Origin: an uncultured Pseudomonadota bacterium
Lineage (GTDB): Bacteria; Pseudomonadota; Gammaproteobacteria; Burkholderiales; SG8-39
Assembly (NCBI GenBank): GCA_963834845.1
Contig: CAWICY010000004.1
Span: forward strand, 2,649,530-2,713,529
DNA: 64,000 nucleotides
Reading direction: 5' to 3'
The notes under the pieces were generated by a model. It made no database searches, was not told where the DNA came from, and worked only from the letters and a program-made list of their open reading frames with translations. Positions 1 to 7,290 of this stretch are shown here, piece by piece (positions within the stretch are counted from its first letter, which is position 1; each line of letters starts with the position of its first letter). The position numbers and the translations under genes are program-made.

Positions 1-1
1 C

Positions 2-100
2 GGATTCTCCAGCACGCACCACGGCAACGCGCTTTCCGAGGACGAGCAGTGGCGCAAGCTCGAGCTGGTGGTCGAGGTCGCTAACGAGATATGGGGGTGA
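2..100 (+). CDS. 3' end of a CDS that starts upstream of the window; product unknown
   Basis: Frame 2 reads open from the window edge: GFSSTHHGNALSEDEQWRKLELVVEVANEIWG, ending at TGA 98-100. Family not recognised. Confidence 0.35.
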   Translation, partial: GFSSTHHGNALSEDEQWRKLELVVEVANEIWG

Positions 101-468
101 GCATGTCGCAGGAACAGGAAATTCTCGCGCTCGAAGACGTGCGCTTCAAGGCGATGGTGTCGGGGGACGTCGGGCTGCTCGACGGATTGCTGCACCAGGA
201 TCTGATCTACACGCACTCGTCGGCCGTGGTCGACACGAAGGCGAGCTATCTCGAGGCGATTAGGAGCGGGAAGACGCGCTACACGTCGCAGAAGCGCTTC
301 GAGGAGCGCGTGCGACTGTGCGGCGACTGCGCGCTGGTCACCGGACGTGCCGAGATGGAAGCGGAGGTGAATGGCGTACGCAAGACACTGCGGCTGCGCT
401 ACCTCGACGTGTGGACGAAGACGCCGCAGGGCTGGAAGTTCGTCGCCTGGCAGTCGACCGGAATCTAG
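91..468 (+). CDS. NTF2-like / SnoaL-DUF4440 family small protein
   Basis: 125-aa ORF with the typical DUF4440 layout (LEDVRFKAMVSGDVGLLDGLL...W.KTPQGWKFVAWQST). Start may be ATG 103 instead of 91. Its stop overlaps the convergent gene in CTAG (465-468). Confidence 0.7.
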   Translation: MGVSMSQEQEILALEDVRFKAMVSGDVGLLDGLLHQDLIYTHSSAVVDTKASYLEAIRSGKTRYTSQKRFEERVRLCGDCALVTGRAEMEAEVNGVRKTLRLRYLDVWTKTPQGWKFVAWQSTGI

Positions 469-1637
469 GCCTGGTGGCCTTCCTCCCACGGCGGCAACAG
501 GCTTGCCAGGATCCATAGAACGACAAACGGGCCTGTCAACAGGAGGAGGGAGGTGAGCGCTCCCTCGCGCCCCAGGAATTCGGCCTGGAACGTCAACAGT
601 CCTTTCATCGTCTTCGACAACTCCTCCCCGCCAATAACCACGTTCCACCGCATCGCCAGCACGGCGATTAGCAGCAATACGGCCGCAGCGGTGAGCCAGA
701 CAACGAGCTTCCTGCCCTGCGTTCTTAAGGCGATCAAGGCCGTCAGCACCGCGAACGCCACGACAGAACCGAGAGCCTGAATCAGCAGGCCAGGCCACAG
801 GGGCCCCTTGATTAGCTGCAGGATCGTGTCGATGCCTTCCCTCCCTCGGTAGAACATCTCGACGTACTCCAATGCCTCAACCACGATTACCACCGTCAGG
901 AACGCCCACATGACGTTGGCAAGCCCCCTCAGGCAGTCGTCTTCCAGCTCGACCCGGCGCAGCTTCCAGACGACCACGTAGAGAACCACCAGCAGCGCGA
1001 CGCCCGAGACGATGGCGGAGAGCAGAAAGATGATCGGCATCAGGTCCGACGACCACCATTCGCGCGATTTCAGCGAACCGAAGATGAACCCGACATATCC
1101 GTGCAGGCCCGCGGCGGAGGGAATGCCGATGATCGCCAGCGCGCGCGCCCATTTGTGGTCATAGGCGAGGGCGGTGGGCGATACGTCGTCCGAGCCCAGC
1201 GTCAGGGCACGGTAGAACAGGCGCAGCGGACCTCGGGCGCTCTTGGAACTGGCTACGATGTCGGGCCGGAAGGCGAACCAGACCTCGAGCACGAGGATGA
1301 CCAGATAGAAGCCTGCGACGTAGCCGAAAGCTGCCATCGCCGAGGTCCAGTGCGGGGTGATCACGGCGTTGAACGCCCGCTCCGGTCGCCCGAGGTGGAA
1401 CAGCAGCGGGGTGGGCGCAAACAGCAGGAAGCACAACGCGGTCAGTAGCGCAAAGCGGGCGATCGGCCGGAACTGGCGCATGCCGAACACGTGATAGAAG
1501 CTGGAGACGATGAAGGCGCCAGCGACCAGGCCGGTGATGTACGGGTAAATAACGATCAGCTCGCCCCAGGGGATGTCGGTCTCGTTGGGATAGACATAGC
1601 CGACGTAGGGCGCGGCATGTGCAAAGAGCCCGTCCAT
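465..1637 (-). CDS. NrfD/PsrC/DsrP-type integral membrane quinone-interacting subunit
   Basis: About 390 aa and highly hydrophobic, multi-TM, resembling the polysulfide reductase NrfD family. Real start taken at MDGLFAHAAPYVGYVYPNE (ATG 1637), which overlaps the stop of the upstream FeS gene. The longer 460-aa ORF N-terminus is Arg-rich junk. Confidence 0.85.
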   Translation of the reverse strand: MDGLFAHAAPYVGYVYPNETDIPWGELIVIYPYITGLVAGAFIVSSFYHVFGMRQFRPIARFALLTALCFLLFAPTPLLFHLGRPERAFNAVITPHWTSAMAAFGYVAGFYLVILVLEVWFAFRPDIVASSKSARGPLRLFYRALTLGSDDVSPTALAYDHKWARALAIIGIPSAAGLHGYVGFIFGSLKSREWWSSDLMPIIFLLSAIVSGVALLVVLYVVVWKLRRVELEDDCLRGLANVMWAFLTVVIVVEALEYVEMFYRGREGIDTILQLIKGPLWPGLLIQALGSVVAFAVLTALIALRTQGRKLVVWLTAAAVLLLIAVLAMRWNVVIGGEELSKTMKGLLTFQAEFLGREGALTSLLLLTGPFVVLWILASLLPPWEEGHQA

Positions 1638-2479
1638 CACGACACCTCGCGGTCGATTCCGGCGTAGAAGACGTGCGGCCCGTTTCCCGTCTCGGGCTTG
1701 AGCACCTGGACCCGATTGTCGCGGACAAACTGATTGATCTCTGATGCGGCGTCGTTCAGGTCGCCGAACACCCTGCAGTGAGTCGGGCAGACTTCGACGC
1801 AGGCAGGGTTGAGCCCCTTGGTAATGCGGTGATAGCACCAGGTGCACTTATCGGCGACCCCTTTTTGGTGGTCGATGTACCTGGCGCCATAGGGGCAGGC
1901 CTGTATGCAGTACTGGCATCCGATGCAGTAGGCCTGGTCGATCAGTACCACGCCGTCCTTCGCCTTGTAGCTCGCACCGGTTGGGCACACCTGAACGCAC
2001 GGTGGGTGCTCGCACTGGTTGCAAAGCTTCGGCACGAAGTACGCCTTGGCGACTTTCGCGTTACGGTACCGGTCGTCGAAGCGGTAGTCACCGCCCGTTC
2101 CCGAGGCGGCGATATTTTGTGGATCGGACTGACTGTCGATTCTCGGGCGCGCTTCGCCCTCCAAGTAGACGTAACGCTCCACCCAGGTGCGGAAGTGGTT
2201 GGCATCCCGTACCACGTCGTTCTCGATCTTGCAGGCTTCGTCGCAACGCAGACAGCCGATGCACCGACCGATATCGATGCCGAATGCCCAACGGTGCTTG
2301 GTCCAGTCATAGCCTGGTATGGGAGGGCTGGCTGCCGACTGGGCGCCTGCAGCCGCGGCTTCACCCAGCACCGTGTGCGCCGCGACCGCGGTGCCCGCGA
2401 ATGCGATGGCACCTCCGAGAATGCGCAGAAAGTCGCGGCGTTCCTGCTGGGGCGTCGCGGGTTTCTTTTCGTCGTCCAT
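1637..2479 (-). CDS. Tat-exported 4x[4Fe-4S] ferredoxin-like subunit (NrfC/PsrB/DsrO/HybA type)
   Basis: Starts MDDEKKPATPQQERRDFLRILGG (twin-arginine signal). Four Cys clusters: CIGCLRCDEAC, CNQCEHPPCVQVCP, CIGCQYCIQACP, CTWC...CVEVCP. The rest of the 571-aa ORF upstream is out-of-gene readthrough. Confidence 0.9.
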   Translation of the reverse strand: MDDEKKPATPQQERRDFLRILGGAIAFAGTAVAAHTVLGEAAAAGAQSAASPPIPGYDWTKHRWAFGIDIGRCIGCLRCDEACKIENDVVRDANHFRTWVERYVYLEGEARPRIDSQSDPQNIAASGTGGDYRFDDRYRNAKVAKAYFVPKLCNQCEHPPCVQVCPTGASYKAKDGVVLIDQAYCIGCQYCIQACPYGARYIDHQKGVADKCTWCYHRITKGLNPACVEVCPTHCRVFGDLNDAASEINQFVRDNRVQVLKPETGNGPHVFYAGIDREVS

Positions 2480-2517
2480 TTTCAATGCTCCTTGCCGCAC
2501 TTGCGCCGCGGTGCGTC

Positions 2518-3555
2518 TCACCTGCAACCAGCGTTGGCGAAATACTCCCCCGCGATCGCGGCATCCGCGTCGCTCAGTCCCTTCGCGATACCCGCCATGA
2601 TGGCGTTCTTGCGACCACCGCCCTTGTAAGCCCGCAATGCGTTGAGCAGGTAGTCCTTGGACTGCCCGGCGAGATTGGGCCACAGCGGGTTGACGCTGAC
2701 CCCGCTCGCGCCATGGCAGGCGGCACAGTTGGACGCCGTCGTTTGACCGGCGCTGGCCGCTTGCTTCCCGGCATCCGCGGAGCGCTTGCAGCTCAGGCCG
2801 GCGAAATATGCCGCGAGATCTTCGACATCTGAGTCGCTCAGGCCCTTCGCCAACGGGCCCATCATGGGGTTGTCGCGCGCCCCGGTCCGGTATCCCTTGA
2901 GCGCGTCGACGAGATACGCCTCCTTTTGTCCCGCGAGGTTGGGCCCGGGGAGATTCACGCTGTTGCCCTGCGCGCCATGGCACGCGGCGCAGGTCGCCGC
3001 CTTCGCTTTTCCCGCCGCAACGTCGCCCGGACGCGCATTCGGCGCGGCCGCGCCGATCAGGAGCTTGGGCGAATGCGGATTGTGGCAAGTCATGCATTGT
3101 TGCGTCCCCGCGTGGGTGGCGACCACGATCTGGCGTTGCGCCACGGGCCTCGCCGCGATCTTTTCGTGACAACGCGTGCACAGCTCCGTCGTGTCGGTCG
3201 GCACCATCAGCTTCACGTTGTCCGGGTGATCCGGGCCGGTCGCCGAACGCCGGAACATGCCCCGCATGTCCCGGCGGCCGGCCGCGCCATGGCAGACCTC
3301 GCATTTGACGACCTTGCCGATGGCCGCGCTGTTGTGCACGCCCCGCGACCATTCAGCGTAGCGCTCGGCATGGCATTGCTGGCACGACTGCGGGTTCTTG
3401 TACTTGGGCTTGTCCGAGGCGATTTCCGCTACCGAGTCACCCCGGTAGTGGCCGTAACGGTAAAACGAGGCGGGAGTGAAAAGAATCTTGGCCGCGTAGG
3501 CAGCCGTTCCAAGGGCGCCCACGAGCAGGATGAGTCGAACGATGTGTTTCGGCAT
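2518..3555 (-). CDS. Membrane-anchored hexahaem c-type cytochrome (N-terminal tetrahaem module fused to two c4-like domains)
   Basis: N-terminal TM helix ([22 protein letters not shown]). Six CXXCH motifs: CQQCH, CEVCH, CTRCH, CMTCH, CAACH, CAACH. The last two lie in repeated c4-type domains (GPNLAGQ / WPNLAGQ, with Met-containing NPMMGP / NAIMAGI). Confidence 0.9.
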   Translation of the reverse strand: MPKHIVRLILLVGALGTAAYAAKILFTPASFYRYGHYRGDSVAEIASDKPKYKNPQSCQQCHAERYAEWSRGVHNSAAIGKVVKCEVCHGAAGRRDMRGMFRRSATGPDHPDNVKLMVPTDTTELCTRCHEKIAARPVAQRQIVVATHAGTQQCMTCHNPHSPKLLIGAAAPNARPGDVAAGKAKAATCAACHGAQGNSVNLPGPNLAGQKEAYLVDALKGYRTGARDNPMMGPLAKGLSDSDVEDLAAYFAGLSCKRSADAGKQAASAGQTTASNCAACHGASGVSVNPLWPNLAGQSKDYLLNALRAYKGGGRKNAIMAGIAKGLSDADAAIAGEYFANAGCR

Positions 3556-3597
3556 GCTGCTCAGATGATGGCGCAGGCGCCAATTACCCGGAGGACC

Positions 3598-4203
3598 TCA
3601 CTTAGCCGGAGCGACGCTTTGATTGAACATATAGACGATGGCGCTGCGGATCTCCGGGTCGGTGAGATCGGCCATGCCGCCGCGCGGAGGCATCCCTCCA
3701 TGCCCCTTGATCGCGGAGCGAACCACCGCGTCAAGCCCTTGCTTCGCTCGCGGTATCCATGCCGAGCGATCGCCGATCCTGGGCGCTCCGTCGACCCCCG
3801 TCTCGTGGCACTTGAAGCATTGCGTGCGCACGATCTGCTCGCCGCTGCGGTCGGCGGCAGGCGGCGCGGCCTTGTCGATGGGTTCGGCCCAATGGCCCCC
3901 CGACTGATTGACCATGTAGGTAATCGCGAGCTCGAGTTCGAAATCGGTGACGCCCGGACTGCCACCATGCGCAGGCATTTGCCGGATGCCCTTGATCGCA
4001 TGCTGAGTGAGGCTGGTAAGCCCCTGCGAGGCGCGAGGTTTCCACGCGCTTTGATCGCCGATTTTCGGCGCGCCGTTTGCGCCCGTCGCGTGACACGCGG
4101 TGCAGACCGCATCGACCACTTCCTTCCCATTGCGCCCGGTGGCCTCGGCATCGGGTTGCACGGCGATCTGGGCCGCGAGAGCAAGCATGGCGCCGATTGC
4201 CAT
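3598..4203 (-). CDS. Dihaem cytochrome c5-like periplasmic cytochrome
   Basis: Two repeats of CxxCH-x3-GAPKIGD/GAPRIGD-x-SAW-x-PRA...MPxxGG (CTACH, CFKCH). Signal-like start at MAIGAMLALAAQIAV (ATG 4203); the ORF extends to 4266. Confidence 0.85.
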   Translation of the reverse strand: MAIGAMLALAAQIAVQPDAEATGRNGKEVVDAVCTACHATGANGAPKIGDQSAWKPRASQGLTSLTQHAIKGIRQMPAHGGSPGVTDFELELAITYMVNQSGGHWAEPIDKAAPPAADRSGEQIVRTQCFKCHETGVDGAPRIGDRSAWIPRAKQGLDAVVRSAIKGHGGMPPRGGMADLTDPEIRSAIVYMFNQSVAPAK

Positions 4204-4543
4204 CTTCGTCGCGGGCCGGCATGACGTCACCTGCCTCGCTGTCTCTGTTTCGCCTCCCCTCGACATTGCAATCCTCTCCGAATCCGGTTACGTAGCATCG
4301 CCAGCATCTACGCGGCTAATAGAAGACGCGATTTCGGAAGAACTTGTTTTGATGCCAGTCAATGGCACACCGAGTATTCGGTTCTTGTGTCAGAGAATTG
4401 CTCTCATTTGCTGGCTGGGCCGCGGGGCCAGGATCGACGGCTGCGACAGCGACCGTCGCCAGACGGAAATTGCGCAATAACGGGCACCCGCACGATTCCG
4501 AGGGCGGATACTTTCCCTATGAAGTGTTTGCTGCAAAAGAATA

Positions 4544-4564
4544 TGACGTCAGTCTGACGTCAGT
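4544..4564. promoter_or_regulatory. Tandem direct repeat TGACGTCAGT-c-TGACGTCAGT (each copy contains the palindrome TGACGTCA) in the divergent cytochrome intergenic region
   Basis: Read directly at 4544-4553 and 4555-4564, about 100 bp upstream of the Cyc2-like start. It is followed by an AT-rich stretch with TTGATctagCTTAA (4576-4589). Function is inferred only. Confidence 0.35.
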
Positions 4565-4662
4565 AATTATTTATCTTGATCTAGCTTAAAGCAGCGCTGG
4601 TTGCCGGCCTGCAGACTCGCCTCGGGGCACGTGGGATTCAATCCATTCCAAGGGAGATCGTT

Positions 4663-6018
4663 ATGCGGCAAGGCAAGCTGACAACTTTCATCATGGCGCT
4701 CGCGGTGGCAAGCGGTGGCCTGCTGCTCCTGCCGGGAAGCGCCCAGGCGGTGCCAAGCTTCGCCAGGCAGACGGGCATGGCCTGCGAAGCCTGCCACACG
4801 GTTTTTCCGGAGCTGACGCCTTTCGGCCGGCGCTTCAAGCTGAACGCGTACACCATCGACAACCTGCCGCAGGTGAGCGGCATGACACCGAACAAGGAGC
4901 AGACGCTGCTGCTGAACCAGCTGCCGCCGCTGTCATTCATGTTTCAGGCCTCGGTGACCAATACCAAAACAGCCGTCCCGGACTCGGCAGTGGTAGGCGA
5001 GAACGCGCAGAACGGCCAGGTGCAGTTCCCGCAGCAGGCGAGCCTGTTCTACGCCGGAAGGATCGCACCGAACCTAGGGGCGTTCGTACAGATGACCTAC
5101 GATGGCACTGAGGGCCAATTCGGCTGGGACAACACGGACATCCGCTACGCGAGCAATGCGAGCGACAAGTTCCTGTGGGGCGTGAGCTTCAACAACAACC
5201 CGACGGTGCAGGACGTGTGGAACAGCACGACCGCATGGCAGGTGCCGTTCGACCAGCGTAGCGCCACCGCGCCGACGCCCGGCGCGGTCACCATGATCGA
5301 CGGCGGCCTGGCCGATGCGGGCGTGGCCGGGTTAAGTATCTATGGTTACTGGAACAACTCGATCTACGCTGAGCTCGGCGTGTACAAGTCGGCGCCCGCT
5401 GCGGCGCAGATCGACAGCACCAGCACGAACGTCGTCAAAGGGGTCGCCCCCTACTGGCGCCTCGCCTACGAGCGCCAATGGCAGCGGAACTCGTGGATGT
5501 TCGGCGCCTACGGCGTGAACGCCAAGCTGTACCCGGGTGACGGTGCTGCGCTCTCAGGCCCGGCCAACAAGTTCAGCGACTGGGCGCTGGATACGCAATA
5601 CCAGTATATCGGCGACGATCACCTGTTCTCGGTCATGGCGACCTACATCGACGAGAAGCAGAACTGGGACGCGGGCGGCTCGGCCAATCCTTCCGATACG
5701 CTGAAGACAACCAGGATCGGCGGGCATTACTTCTACCAGCGGAAATACGGCGTGGCGCTGGGGTACTTTTCGACCACCGGCAGCGAGGATGCCGGGCTGT
5801 ACCAGCAGGTCGATCCGGTGACCGGCTTCGCCAATAACAAGCCCAACAGCAACGGCTGGGTTGGCGAGCTCGATTGGGTGCCCTACCAGAACACCAAGAT
5901 TGCGCTGCAGTACACGGTGTACAACAAGTTCAACGGCGGCGGCAGCAACTACGACGGCAACAACCGGAGCGCCTCCGACAACAACACCCTCTACCTCCTC
6001 GGCTGGCTCAACTTCTAG
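4663..6018 (+). CDS. Cyc2-like fused monoheme cytochrome c-porin (outer-membrane beta-barrel with N-terminal CXXCH)
   Basis: RBS AAGGGAG. Sec signal ...LLPGSAQA|VPSF. A single CXXCH (CEACH) sits in PSFARQTGMACEACHTVFPELTPFGRRFKLN. The remaining ~400 aa is Gly/Tyr/Asn-rich with an alternating pattern and ends YLLGWLNF (OMP C-terminal Phe signature). Confidence 0.75.
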   Translation: MRQGKLTTFIMALAVASGGLLLLPGSAQAVPSFARQTGMACEACHTVFPELTPFGRRFKLNAYTIDNLPQVSGMTPNKEQTLLLNQLPPLSFMFQASVTNTKTAVPDSAVVGENAQNGQVQFPQQASLFYAGRIAPNLGAFVQMTYDGTEGQFGWDNTDIRYASNASDKFLWGVSFNNNPTVQDVWNSTTAWQVPFDQRSATAPTPGAVTMIDGGLADAGVAGLSIYGYWNNSIYAELGVYKSAPAAAQIDSTSTNVVKGVAPYWRLAYERQWQRNSWMFGAYGVNAKLYPGDGAALSGPANKFSDWALDTQYQYIGDDHLFSVMATYIDEKQNWDAGGSANPSDTLKTTRIGGHYFYQRKYGVALGYFSTTGSEDAGLYQQVDPVTGFANNKPNSNGWVGELDWVPYQNTKIALQYTVYNKFNGGGSNYDGNNRSASDNNTLYLLGWLNF

Positions 6019-6028
6019 GCGAACGACG

Positions 6029-6637
6029 ATGAAAACGATCATTGCACTTGCAACAGGCGCCCTGCTCGCGGCCGGCATGACAGCCGCGGTGGCGCAGAGC
6101 GATCAGGATGCGTCCGCGCTCGCCAAGGGCGTGTGCTCCGCCTGCCACGGACCGGAGGGCCACAGCGTATCGCCGGTATTTCCCCACCTCGCCGGGCAGC
6201 AGGCGGCCTACATCACCCTGCAGCTCGACGCATTCCGCGGTCACCTGCGCGGCGACCCGAATGCCCAGGCGTACATGTGGGGCATGGCCTCGCAGCTGAG
6301 TGACGCCACGATCAAGGCCCTGTCGGATTACTATGCTGCGCAGAAACCGGCACCGGGCAGGGCGGGCGACCCGAAGCTCATGGCGGAAGGGGAGAAGATC
6401 TACGCCCAAGGGATTCCGGGGAAGAAGGTGCAGGCCTGTGCGACCTGCCATGGCCCGAACGCCGAGGGGGCGACCGCGTTCCCGCGGCTCGCCGGGCAGC
6501 ACGTCGAGTACCTGATCGCGCAACTCGAGGGCTTCAAGTCGGGGACCCGCGCGAACGCGCCGATCATGTTGGGGGTGGTGCGTGGCATGACCTCGGAGCA
6601 GCTGAAAGCGGCGGCGACCTACGCCGCCTCGAGATAG
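6029..6637 (+). CDS. Dihaem cytochrome c4 (Cyc1-like periplasmic cytochrome)
   Basis: MKTIIALATGALLAAGMTAAVA signal. Two haem motifs (CSACH, CATCH), each followed by FPxLAGQ...Y...QL..F, as in c4 family cytochromes. Confidence 0.9.
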   Translation: MKTIIALATGALLAAGMTAAVAQSDQDASALAKGVCSACHGPEGHSVSPVFPHLAGQQAAYITLQLDAFRGHLRGDPNAQAYMWGMASQLSDATIKALSDYYAAQKPAPGRAGDPKLMAEGEKIYAQGIPGKKVQACATCHGPNAEGATAFPRLAGQHVEYLIAQLEGFKSGTRANAPIMLGVVRGMTSEQLKAAATYAASR

Positions 6638-6735
6638 CGGCACACTTGCAACTCGCGGGGCGGAGGCGCAATCTCCCCGGGGCTCGTTCCCGTGCGCTTC
6701 CTCCTCGTCCCTTTTTCAGATCGGATAGCGAAGAA

Positions 6736-7281
6736 ATGCGGATAGCACTCCCGCTACTCGTTTCCCTTGCGCTCGCCGGCGCCCCTGCGGCGCGGGCGGC
6801 GGAGCCGGACAATGCGACGCTGCAGCAGGAAGTGAACGCGCTGAAAGCGGTGGTGCATGACCTGCAGCAGCGCATGAACGTGCTGGAAGGGCGATCGCCG
6901 GCGGCGGCGCAGACCGCGCCAGTGCCGCAGGCCGCGCCCGCGTCTCAGGCCGCGCCCGCAGTACCTCAGGCCGCGCCAATGCCACAGGCCGCGCCCGCAG
7001 CGCCTCAGCCGCAGGCCGCGCCGGTCGCGGCGGCTCCGCCCGCGGCGAGCGCCGGCTACGTGAGCCCGGAGGCGGCACTCAGGGCGAACTGGTCGAAGGT
7101 GAACGCCAAGATGGATCAGGATGATGTAACGCGGCTTCTCGGCGCGCCGTCGAAGAAGTTCATGCTCGACGGCAGGAACGTCTGGTATTACTACTATCCG
7201 GGAACCGGCGGCGGCTCGGTGTTCTTCACTGACGTCGGGCGCGTAACGAGCAGCCAGTCGCCTTTCGGCTGGAGCTGGTAG
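6736..7281 (+). CDS. Secreted protein: coiled-coil, Pro/Ala/Gln repeat, C-terminal SmpA/OmlA (BamE-like) domain
   Basis: Signal MRIALPLLVSLALAGAPAARA|AEP. Heptad-like LQQEVNALKAVVHDLQQRMNVLE. PQAAPA repeats. C-terminus is DDVTRLLGAPSKKF...VWYYYYPG....VFF. Confidence 0.6.
   Translation: MRIALPLLVSLALAGAPAARAAEPDNATLQQEVNALKAVVHDLQQRMNVLEGRSPAAAQTAPVPQAAPASQAAPAVPQAAPMPQAAPAAPQPQAAPVAAAPPAASAGYVSPEAALRANWSKVNAKMDQDDVTRLLGAPSKKFMLDGRNVWYYYYPGTGGGSVFFTDVGRVTSSQSPFGWSW
6919..7026 (+). repeat. Imperfect in-frame tandem repeat (five copies of CAGGCCGCGCC with 18-27 nt period) encoding (V/A)PQAAPA
   Basis: CAGGCCGCGCC read at 6928, 6946, 6967, 6985 and 7012. It is a coding low-complexity repeat inside CDS 6736-7281. 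Confidence 0.8.
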
Positions 7282-7290
7282 CGGCGGCGC

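Noticed and set aside
4363-4380. TGGCAC hexamer resembling a sigma-54 -24 element upstream of the Cyc2-like gene
   Set aside because: The required -12 TTGC element is absent at the correct spacing (the sequence reads TGGCACaccgaGTATT). A second TGGCAG at ~23513 also lacks proper GG-N10-GC spacing.
4576-4589. TTGATctagCTTAA as an FNR/Dnr box
   Set aside because: Only the left half-site matches TTGAT-N4-ATCAA. The right half has 2-3 of 5 positions. It is mentioned only as context for the tandem repeat finding.
4362-4589. 75-aa ORF inside the cytochrome intergenic region
   Set aside because: It has no RBS and no recognisable domain. Its composition is atypical, and it overlaps the putative regulatory repeats. 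It is more likely non-coding promoter DNA.
6638-6735. Possible terminator after the cytochrome c4 gene (GGGGCGGAGG … CCTCCTCGTCCC TTTTT)
   Set aside because: The pairing is imperfect and has a ~31-nt loop. The T-run is short. Not convincing enough to annotate.
6919-7026. Short tandem repeats, considered as a possible CRISPR or VNTR locus
   Set aside because: The repeats are 18-27 nt, imperfect, in frame, and encode a Pro/Ala/Gln linker inside a well-supported CDS. There are no spacers and no cas genes.
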